A stretch of 25,762 nucleotides of DNA. Origin: Chlamydiota bacterium (lineage in GTDB: Bacteria; Auribacterota; Tritonobacteria; UBA1439). The translations under genes were made by a program, and so were the position numbers. The stretch lies in assembly GCA_037133055.1 (NCBI GenBank), contig JBAXOY010000037.1:1-25762 (forward strand). The letters are read 5' to 3'. The notes beneath the pieces were generated by a model. That model saw only the letters and a list, made by a program, of their open reading frames with translations, had not been told where the DNA came from and did no database searches. How positions within the stretch are numbered: position 1 is the stretch's first letter; every line of letters starts with the position of its first letter. Below are positions 1 to 7,270 of the stretch, piece after piece.

Positions 1-30
1 ATCTGCGTCCCGGCGTTGAAGCGTGTAACG

Positions 31-80
31 CTGGATTCCCGCTGGAGTTTACCCCCGGCAAAAAGCGGGGCGGGAATGAC
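31..80. repeat. REP-like palindrome (ATTCCCGC...GCGGGAAT type)
   Basis: CTGG-ATTCCCGC (35-42) pairs with GCGGGAAT-GAC (70-77), with an inner CCCC/GGGG stem; resembles the widespread GTCATTCCCGC..GCGGGAATCCAG extragenic palindromes. Confidence 0.65.
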
Positions 81-184
81 ATCCGGAAGAAGATGCCCCC
101 CGTAAGGGACCCAGTACTCCGGGCCGGCGATTGTGCTGGCTATCCTGCGGGATTCGGGCTACAATAACATCCTAGGAGGTGTTT

Positions 185-1489
185 ATGAACCTGCGCATGG
201 TTGTCCCGACTTATGTCCTTGTCACATCGGTTGCCGTATGCACGACCTCGTCGTTCGCGGGGGTGTCCCTCGGGGTCTTCCTCGACGGGGCAACGGATGC
301 CCAGATCACCGGTTTTTTCTCCGCCACGAAACAGCACGCGATCGTGCAGTATGCGCTTTTGTTCGACGCCTCATCAGCGTCACACACTGAACTGATGAGC
401 AGAGTCAATAGCCACAACGCCACCCCGATGTGCGTCTGGGGGACCTACCCCCACACGTTCAACCAGATCATCAGCGGCGCGGACGACGCATACATCCGGA
501 GCGTGGCGGATGCCGTGAAGGCCTTCGATAAACCGGTTATCCTCGCCTTGTGTGCAGAATTCAACCTGAGCTCCAGCCCCTACTATGGAGACCCTGCGAA
601 ATACAAACAGATGTGGCAACACGTGCATGACATCTTCACGACGCGCGGAGCGACGAAGGCGCAGTGGGCATTCTGCCCGAACTACCAGGGAACCCCGGGG
701 ACGGACTACTCGGCATATTACCCCGGAGATGCATACGTGGACTGGGTCGGGGCGCTCGGCTTCGACACCAATTGGGGCGGGGGAGGGGGCTCCGCGGGCC
801 TCTCGTTCAGCTCGCTCTTCGGTCCCGTCCTCGGGGACGAGGCATCCCGCTACCCCCACAAGCCGCAGATCGTCATGTGGTTCGCGACTGCCGGAAGCGC
901 AGCGCAGAAGCCGGGCTGGATCCAAATAAGCTACGGCTCGATGGGCTCCTACCCCAACCTCAGGGCGGTGGTCTGGTACAACAAGAATGACACCCAGCCA
1001 GGACTGAATGCCGACTATCGCGTCTGGGATACTTCCGGCGTCCCCTCCTCGGTGACGACCGCGTACAAGAACGCCATCTCGTCTTCGGCGAATTTCCTCA
1101 CCTATCTCCCCCCCTACGCGGACCTGATTCCCGGCGGGGGAGGCGGCGGGAAGCTCGACATCACCCCGTCCCCCTCGACGGTTGCGCGGGGCGCGAACAT
1201 CACCATCAACTACGCCTTCACCGGTATCACGCAGCGGGTGGATGCATACCTCGGGGTGGTGATGATCGACGGGAGCCTCCTCGTCATGGACCCGTCGCAG
1301 AACTTCCAGTCGAACATCGTCCCGGTCGCCGCGAACTACGACGTGAGCGGAAACCCGTCCGGGGGGCTCACCTTCATCGTGCCCGCGACGATCCCGACCG
1401 GCGCCTACACGTTTGAGGCGGTCTGGGTTCCCGCCGGCGCGCCCGCGACGGAGACGAACATGGACGTGGAGCCAGTGACGGTCAATTGA
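185..1489 (+). CDS. Secreted GH26-fold protein, probably catalytically inactive, with C-terminal beta-rich domain
   Basis: SD GGAGGT (175-180) before ATG 185; signal peptide ending SSFA; GH26 motifs CAEFN, WAFCPN, YYPGDAYVDWVG, KPQ, VVWYN; Trp at the nucleophile position. Confidence 0.85.
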   Translation: MNLRMVVPTYVLVTSVAVCTTSSFAGVSLGVFLDGATDAQITGFFSATKQHAIVQYALLFDASSASHTELMSRVNSHNATPMCVWGTYPHTFNQIISGADDAYIRSVADAVKAFDKPVILALCAEFNLSSSPYYGDPAKYKQMWQHVHDIFTTRGATKAQWAFCPNYQGTPGTDYSAYYPGDAYVDWVGALGFDTNWGGGGGSAGLSFSSLFGPVLGDEASRYPHKPQIVMWFATAGSAAQKPGWIQISYGSMGSYPNLRAVVWYNKNDTQPGLNADYRVWDTSGVPSSVTTAYKNAISSSANFLTYLPPYADLIPGGGGGGKLDITPSPSTVARGANITINYAFTGITQRVDAYLGVVMIDGSLLVMDPSQNFQSNIVPVAANYDVSGNPSGGLTFIVPATIPTGAYTFEAVWVPAGAPATETNMDVEPVTVN

Positions 1490-1520
1490 GGGTGCCTCGG
1501 CGGCAGGGGAAGTCGGTCTG

Positions 1521-1575
1521 TTTCGCAGGGAAGGTTCCGCAGGCTAAGGCCTGCGCTGCAGTCTTCCCTGCGAAA
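1521..1575. repeat. Long intergenic hairpin (terminator or REP-like)
   Basis: TTTCGCAGGGAAG (1521-1533) and CTTCCCTGCGAAA (1563-1575) are a perfect 13-bp inverted repeat enclosing CGCAGGC-TAAG-GCCTGCG. Confidence 0.7.
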
Positions 1576-1638
1576 GGCGATGGGTGACGAGGGGTGCAGC
1601 AACCGGATCGCGCAGGATCCCGCCTCGGACGGATCGGA

Positions 1639-1667
1639 TTGCATTTCGACCCGGGCTTGATTACAAT
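1639..1667 (+). promoter_or_regulatory. sigma70-type promoter for the GT2 gene
   Basis: TTGCAT-17 nt-TACAAT. Confidence 0.7.
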
Positions 1668-1706
1668 ACCCTCCGCGCACGCACCATCGTTCCGGGATCC
1701 CCGCAC

Positions 1707-2411
1707 ATGAACAAGACCCTCGTGATGATCGGGACCTACAACGAGCGGGACAACCTTTCCGCGCTCGTAGAGGAGGTCCTCGCCCTCGGCTTGGGCCTCG
1801 ATATCCTCGTCATCGACGACAACTCCCCCGACGGCACCGGCCGGATCGCGGACGACCTCGCCGCGAAGCACCCGGAGGTTTCCGCGCTCCATCGCCCGGG
1901 GAAGCTGGGGCTCGGCACGGCGTACGTTGCGGGTTTCCGGCATGCCCTCGGGCGCGGCTACGACCGGATCATCACCATGGACGCCGATTTCTCCCACAAC
2001 CCGCGCTATCTCCCCGAGTTCCTCCGCGCGCTCGAGACGCACGATGTTGCGGTGGGGACGAGATATGTCGCGGGGGGCGGGGTGGAGAACTGGCCCCCCC
2101 ACCGGCTTGCCCTCAGCCGCGGGGGGAGCCTCTACACGCGCCTGATCACCGGTATGCCCCTCCATGACGCCACGGGCGGTTTCAACGGCTACCGCGCGGA
2201 GGTGATCAGGGCGATACAGCCCGAGCGCATCCGCTCCGAGGGGTACTCGTTCATGATCGAGATGAAATTCAGGTCATGGAAGAAGGGATTCCGCCTCGCC
2301 GAGATACCCATCGTGTTCGTGGACCGGACGCGCGGAAAATCAAAGATGAGCAAGAGGATCTTCCTCGAGGCGGTCTTCATGGTCTGGAAGATCCGGTTTT
2401 CGGCCGTCTGA
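1707..2411 (+). CDS. Polyprenol monophosphomannose synthase (GT2, DPM1/Ppm1-like)
   Basis: TYNERDN, IDDNSPDGTG, GKLGLGTAY, MDADFSHNP, DATGGF, EIPIVFVDRTRGKSKMS motifs; ATG 1707 lies downstream of the promoter. Confidence 0.92.
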   Translation: MNKTLVMIGTYNERDNLSALVEEVLALGLGLDILVIDDNSPDGTGRIADDLAAKHPEVSALHRPGKLGLGTAYVAGFRHALGRGYDRIITMDADFSHNPRYLPEFLRALETHDVAVGTRYVAGGGVENWPPHRLALSRGGSLYTRLITGMPLHDATGGFNGYRAEVIRAIQPERIRSEGYSFMIEMKFRSWKKGFRLAEIPIVFVDRTRGKSKMSKRIFLEAVFMVWKIRFSAV

Positions 2412-2498
2412 CCCCTCCGACACCCCCGTTCTCCAACCCGCAGCGCGTGAGCCGACATCGGACCTCCGGCTCCGTCCATTTCCGGCCGGCGGGCGGAT

Positions 2499-2527
2499 TG
2501 GACACCTCCTGATTTATGTGCTAAGTT
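2499..2527 (+). promoter_or_regulatory. sigma70-type promoter with extended -10
   Basis: TGGACA-17 nt-TAAGTT with a TGn extension. Confidence 0.55.
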
Positions 2528-2558
2528 TAAAGGGGAGAGGGAAATAGGGGGTGCGGAC

Positions 2559-4115
2559 GTGAAAATAATGTGGTGGTGCGGTGCGCTGCTCGCCGCTTCA
2601 TGCAGACTCGCCGGGGCGGACAATCAGGGGATCATGGTCGGGGCGTTCATTCCCCCGGTGGAGCAGTATACCGCCTCCATCCGTTCATTCGATCTCGCCG
2701 CGGGGAAAACCCACACCCACACGATGTTCTTCTGCACGTTCGATTACAACGGGATCGGCGCGCACCCGTATCTCTGCGACCAGATCCGGGACGCGGGCAA
2801 GGTCCCGGTGGTGACGTGGCAGCCCGGGATCGACGGGAGGCCCGACCCGAGCTTCTCCTTCGACTCTTTCCTGCGCGGGGACCACGACGGCGCGATCCTC
2901 AACATGGCCCGGCAGTGCAGAGAGTTCGGGGACCCGATCGTCATCCGCTTTGCCCATGAGATGAACATCTCGAGCGCCCCCGCATGGCCGGGGCACTCGT
3001 GGAACGGCGGCGACACGGAGAAGTTCAAGGCGATGTGGCGATACGTCCGCGGCATGTTCGATGAGGCCGGGGCGGACAACGTGCTCTGGGCCTGGTCGCC
3101 GAACTACATGGGGTCGGCCGAGGGGCTCGCCACCTTCAGCAACTTCAACAACCTGTACCCCGGCGACGACTGGGTGGACATCATCGGCGTGAGCGGCCTG
3201 AACTACGGGAACCACCCGACCGCAGGGCCCCGCATGGCGGTCTCTGCGCAGTGGCTCTTCATCCCGATGCTCCGCGACCTCATGGCCGGGAGCTACGACC
3301 GCGGGGATCTCGGAGGGGCGCTGCGCGCACTCCCCGGAAAGGGCAAGCCCCAGGTCCTGTTCGAATTCGGAAGCGTCGGCGCGACGTTGTACATCCCGGG
3401 GAGCGCCGCCTCGACCATCCCGAAGGAAGACTGGATCGCACAATCCTACGACGCCTTCGCGCACACGGAGGAGTTCGGCTTCGTGCGGCTCATCCTCTGG
3501 TACAACGGCGTGGCGGCGAGCGGAAACATTCCCTCGGATTTCCGCGTGGCGCAGAACGTCGGGCTGCCCGAGCCCCCCGTGCCCCCGATCTGGACGGATG
3601 CCTACCGCCGGGCTGTGAGCGACCCCGTGTTCCTCGATTCCCCCCGCCCGATGGAGGATATCCAGCCCGGGGACTACCTCCGGGCGCCGTCGCTGTTGCG
3701 CCTCGAGTCGTACCCGAGGCACGAGTTCTGGCTGAGCGTGTACCCGGGGGGAGGGGTACGCAAGGGCTCGACCGTCTCCGCGGCGTTCTTCCTCCACCCG
3801 CCCATCAACCCGACTTCTGAAAACTGGGGCACCGACGCGTACGTGGCGGCGCAGATACCGACGGGCGAGTGGTACGCCTTCGTCTGGCCGGGGCAGTGGC
3901 GGCAGTTCAGCGTCGCGGGCGCCGCCTATCCGCCTGCGGCGAAGCAGGGGCTCGACGTGAAGCGCGAGGTGCAGGGGATGGCGTTCGTCCAGGGACTGGG
4001 CGCGGGTCTCCCTACGGGGACTTACACGCTCTACTCGATCCTCGTGCCCCGCGGGACCGACCCCCGGAATATGAGCCCCGACCTCAAGACCACGACCTTT
4101 GTCTTGAACGACTAG
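2559..4115 (+). CDS. Secreted GH26 glycoside hydrolase with C-terminal beta-rich domain
   Basis: Signal peptide; RFAHEMN (acid/base), WAWSPN, YPGDDWVDIIG, KPQVLFEFG (nucleophile). Confidence 0.88.
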   Translation: MKIMWWCGALLAASCRLAGADNQGIMVGAFIPPVEQYTASIRSFDLAAGKTHTHTMFFCTFDYNGIGAHPYLCDQIRDAGKVPVVTWQPGIDGRPDPSFSFDSFLRGDHDGAILNMARQCREFGDPIVIRFAHEMNISSAPAWPGHSWNGGDTEKFKAMWRYVRGMFDEAGADNVLWAWSPNYMGSAEGLATFSNFNNLYPGDDWVDIIGVSGLNYGNHPTAGPRMAVSAQWLFIPMLRDLMAGSYDRGDLGGALRALPGKGKPQVLFEFGSVGATLYIPGSAASTIPKEDWIAQSYDAFAHTEEFGFVRLILWYNGVAASGNIPSDFRVAQNVGLPEPPVPPIWTDAYRRAVSDPVFLDSPRPMEDIQPGDYLRAPSLLRLESYPRHEFWLSVYPGGGVRKGSTVSAAFFLHPPINPTSENWGTDAYVAAQIPTGEWYAFVWPGQWRQFSVAGAAYPPAAKQGLDVKREVQGMAFVQGLGAGLPTGTYTLYSILVPRGTDPRNMSPDLKTTTFVLND

Positions 4116-4151
4116 TGTCGCGCTGTTCACGCCCCTGACGCTGTCTGAACC

Positions 4152-4160
4152 TGATATACT
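4152..4160 (+). promoter_or_regulatory. Extended -10 promoter just upstream of the third GH26 gene
   Basis: TGaTATACT 10 nt before ATG 4171; no SD. Confidence 0.55.
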
Positions 4161-4170
4161 ATGGGCCGTC

Positions 4171-5775
4171 ATGAAACTGCGCGCGCTGCTCGCCGTTCTT
4201 CCGCTCTTCGCACTCTCCGCCCCCGCCGCCCCACCCCCCGGCCCCGGGATCATGCTCGGGGCGTTCATCCCCGCCACGTGGGAATACGACGAGGACATCC
4301 TCGCCTTCGACGAGGCGACGGGCCGGAGCCACACCCATGTCATGATCTTCTGCGCCTTCGACTATAATTTCGAGGGCGGGCCGTTCCTCCTTGACAAGGT
4401 CGGGCGGACGGGGAAGAGCCCCATCATCTGCTGGCAGTCGGGGGTCGAGGGGGTGCCGGACGAACGCTTCTCGAACATCAGTTTCATCAATGGCGGGCAC
4501 GACGACGGGATTATCGCCATGGCGCAGCAGGTGCGGAACTTCGTGCGGAAGTATCCCGCCCTCCCCGTGTATATCCGCTGGGCGCATGAGGCGAACATCA
4601 AGCCGGCGCCCGCCTGGCCCGGGCACCCGTGGAACAACGGCAGCATCGAGGAGTATGTCGGGATGTTCCGCCATGTCCACGATCTTTTCTACGCCCAGTT
4701 GAGCCCGGAGGAGGCGGGAAGGGTGGTCTGGACATGGTCGGTCAACTATTTCGGCTCGGCGGAGGGCCTGGAGACGTACAGCAACTGGAAGAACCTGTAC
4801 CCGGGGGACGCCTACGTGGACATGACCGGACTGAGCGGCCTGAACTACGGCGACCACCCGACCGCGGGGCCCGGCTTCTCCGTCACCGTGCAGTGGCTCT
4901 ACCTCCCGATTCTCCGCGACATGATGGCGGGGGATTACCGCAGGGACCGCGCGGGAGGCGCGTCTCCCGCCGAGCTCGCGCGCGTGAGCGGCGGGAAGCC
5001 GCAGGGGATCTTCGAGTTCGGGAGCGTCGACGCGCGCCGCCGGGGCGAGGGACGAGGGGCCATGCCCGGTGCCTTCTCCGACATCCCGAAAGAGGACTGG
5101 ATCACGCAGGGGTACGACGCCCTCGCGCACACGGGCGAGTTCGGTTTCGTGCGGCTCGTCGTGATGTACAACGACATCGCCACGAGCGGCGGCTACCTGT
5201 GCGACTTCAGGGTCTCGCGGAACCCGAACCGCGCGGGGGAGGGCCCCGTCCCCGGGAGCGTCACACAGGCATACCGCGACGCCATTCGCGATTCCCGGTA
5301 CCTCGACACGCTCCTCCCGCTTGAAGATATCCAGCCCGGCGACTTCTATCACGCGGGGTCGATCCCCGCTCCCGCGTCCCACCCGCAGCACGAGTTCTGG
5401 CTGAGCCCCCCTCCCGGAGGAACGATCCGGCGGGGATCCACGGTCACGGCCGCCTTCTTTCTCTACCCCCCCGCAGGCGGCGCCGGGAAGGCGGACGCCT
5501 ACGTCGCGGCGCGCATCCCCACGGGGGAGTTTTACGCATTCGTGTATCCGGCCGGGTGGCGCCGGTTTGACCCCTCCCGGGGCGGCCGTCCCCCCGCCGC
5601 GGCGCGCGGGGTGAACATCGTGCGCGAGGTGCAGGCGACGGCATTCATCCAGCCGATGGGGGGCGGGGTGCCCGCGGGCACGTACACGCTCTACTCGATA
5701 CTCGTGCCGCCCGGCGCCGACCCGCTGAAGCTCGGGCCGGATCTGCGCACGACGGATTTTTCGCTCGTGGAGTGA
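4171..5775 (+). CDS. Secreted GH26 glycoside hydrolase, tandem paralogue of 2559-4115
   Basis: Signal peptide; RWAHEAN, WTWSVN, YPGDAYVD, KPQGIFEFG; shares long blocks with its neighbour (APAWPGH, YxGSAEGL, SGLNYGxHPTAGP, IPKEDWI, EDIQPGD, YTLYSILVP). Confidence 0.88.
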   Translation: MKLRALLAVLPLFALSAPAAPPPGPGIMLGAFIPATWEYDEDILAFDEATGRSHTHVMIFCAFDYNFEGGPFLLDKVGRTGKSPIICWQSGVEGVPDERFSNISFINGGHDDGIIAMAQQVRNFVRKYPALPVYIRWAHEANIKPAPAWPGHPWNNGSIEEYVGMFRHVHDLFYAQLSPEEAGRVVWTWSVNYFGSAEGLETYSNWKNLYPGDAYVDMTGLSGLNYGDHPTAGPGFSVTVQWLYLPILRDMMAGDYRRDRAGGASPAELARVSGGKPQGIFEFGSVDARRRGEGRGAMPGAFSDIPKEDWITQGYDALAHTGEFGFVRLVVMYNDIATSGGYLCDFRVSRNPNRAGEGPVPGSVTQAYRDAIRDSRYLDTLLPLEDIQPGDFYHAGSIPAPASHPQHEFWLSPPPGGTIRRGSTVTAAFFLYPPAGGAGKADAYVAARIPTGEFYAFVYPAGWRRFDPSRGGRPPAAARGVNIVREVQATAFIQPMGGGVPAGTYTLYSILVPPGADPLKLGPDLRTTDFSLVE

Positions 5776-5787
5776 ATACGGAGGATC

Positions 5788-6024
5788 ATGAGACGGAGTG
5801 CCTTCGCCCTCGTCGCCGTCACGTGTGCCTTTGCGCCTGTCTCCTGCGTGGAGGTGACGACCGCCCGGAAGGGGGAGCCCGCCGCGGACACGCAGAGCGG
5901 CGGGCAGTCGAAAAACCCGAAGTCGAAAGTGCGCGTCTACGCGTGGAACCCGCTCGACGGCGTCTACGATGTCGTGTCGTTTCCGTTCAAAGCCGTCGGC
6001 CGCGCGGCCAAGAAGATATTCTGA
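5788..6024 (+). CDS. Small putative lipoprotein (78 aa)
   Basis: SD GGAGG; basic/hydrophobic N-terminus with lipobox-like PVSC; amphipathic C-terminus (VVSFPFKAVGRAAKKIF); GC-rich third codon positions. Confidence 0.65.
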   Translation: MRRSAFALVAVTCAFAPVSCVEVTTARKGEPAADTQSGGQSKNPKSKVRVYAWNPLDGVYDVVSFPFKAVGRAAKKIF

Positions 6025-6153
6025 TTTTTTATCCGCGCCGTTTTGCGTTACGCCCACACGCCGACACGTTCTTTTCCCTGTGCCTTTCCGCGGCGCTCCG
6101 CTATACTACCGTCGAAGCGCACACGCAATTTCCATGGAGAGGCGCGCAGCCGC

Positions 6154-7173
6154 GTGAAAAAAATCAAGATCACCGTCCTCTACGACCGGGCCGCAGACCA
6201 GTCGGACGAGAAGGAGCTCCAGGTCGCGATGTCCGGCCAGGGGACCGAGGCGAGCCACCACCTCGTCGAGTACCTCACCAAGAACGGCCACGAGGTGAGG
6301 CTGTACGGTGTGTACGACGACGTGAAGGGCCTCATCGCCGAGTTCGAGGGGCATCCCCACGACATCGTCTTCAACCTGTGCGAGACGTTCCGCAAGGACT
6401 CCGCAATGGAGTTCTGCGTCCCGGCCCTTCTCGACATGCTGAACGTGAGGTACACCGGCTCGGGCCCCGACGCTCTGATGCTCGCGCAGAACAAGGGGCT
6501 GACGAAGAAGATCCTCGCCTTCCACGGCCTCTGGTCGGCCGACTTCGCGGTCTACCCGCGCGGGCAGTTCGACATCCGTCCCTCGAAGCTGCGATTCCCC
6601 CTGATCGTGAAGCCGCTCACCGAGGATGCGTCCATCGGCATCGCCGAGAGCTCCGTGGTCAGGAACGACGAGACCCTCGCGAACCGGATCGCCTACGTGC
6701 ACGAGAAGATCGGCTGCGGGGCGCTGGTCGAGGAGTACATCGAGGGGCGGGAGCTCTTCGTGGGGATGATCGGCAACGAGAAGCCGATCGTGCTCCCGCC
6801 GGTGGAGCTCGACTTCAGCAAGTCCACGAACGACAAGCTCAGGGTCTACAGCTTCAAGGCGAAGTTCGACTCCAAGTACCGGGACAAGTGGGGGATCCAG
6901 ACGGTCTTCTCGAAAGATCTTAAGAAGGAAACGCTTGCGATCATCGAGCAGATCGGCCTCACCGCCTTCCATGCGCTGGGCTTGAGGGACTACGGGCGCC
7001 TGGACCTGATGCTCGCCTCCGACGGCGCCCTCTACGTGCTCGAGGTGAACCCGAACCCGAACATCGCCGAAAACGAGGACCTCCCCAACGCCGCCGAGCA
7101 GATCGGCCTCACCTACATGGACTTCGCCGAGAAGATCATGCGGCTTGCCCTCGACCGGTACAAGAAGGAATAG
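6154..7173 (+). CDS. D-Ala-D-Ala ligase-like ATP-grasp protein (non-canonical subfamily)
   Basis: VFNLCE, YTGSG, PLIVKP..EDASIGI, VEEYIEGRE, YGRLD, LEVNPNP; GTG start after GGAGAGG; TATACT at 6102-6107; lacks the GGxSxE N-terminal motif of housekeeping Ddl. Confidence 0.85.
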   Translation: MKKIKITVLYDRAADQSDEKELQVAMSGQGTEASHHLVEYLTKNGHEVRLYGVYDDVKGLIAEFEGHPHDIVFNLCETFRKDSAMEFCVPALLDMLNVRYTGSGPDALMLAQNKGLTKKILAFHGLWSADFAVYPRGQFDIRPSKLRFPLIVKPLTEDASIGIAESSVVRNDETLANRIAYVHEKIGCGALVEEYIEGRELFVGMIGNEKPIVLPPVELDFSKSTNDKLRVYSFKAKFDSKYRDKWGIQTVFSKDLKKETLAIIEQIGLTAFHALGLRDYGRLDLMLASDGALYVLEVNPNPNIAENEDLPNAAEQIGLTYMDFAEKIMRLALDRYKKE

Positions 7174-7190
7174 CGCTCCGCGCTATTCCT

Positions 7191-7263
7191 GTTCAAACGG
7201 TCCAAACGGTTCAAACAGTTCAAGCGGCGAGACGGTTCCTTCGTGAACTTCGCGCCTCCGTGG
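7191..7263. repeat. Short-period intergenic tandem repeats
   Basis: 4 x 9-mer GTTCAAACG-like (7191-7226), then 3 x CTTCGTG-like (7239-7263), between convergent genes. Confidence 0.75.
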
Positions 7264-7270
7264 CGAAAGA

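Noticed and set aside
1584..1706. N-terminal extension of the GT2 ORF
   Set aside because: It overlaps a good sigma70 promoter, and family similarity begins at MNKTLV (1707)
2685..6923. Long alternative-frame and antisense ORFs (2685-4343, 4159-6057, 5772-6923)
   Set aside because: Shadow ORFs of GC-rich genes, Arg/Pro/Gly-rich and without motifs
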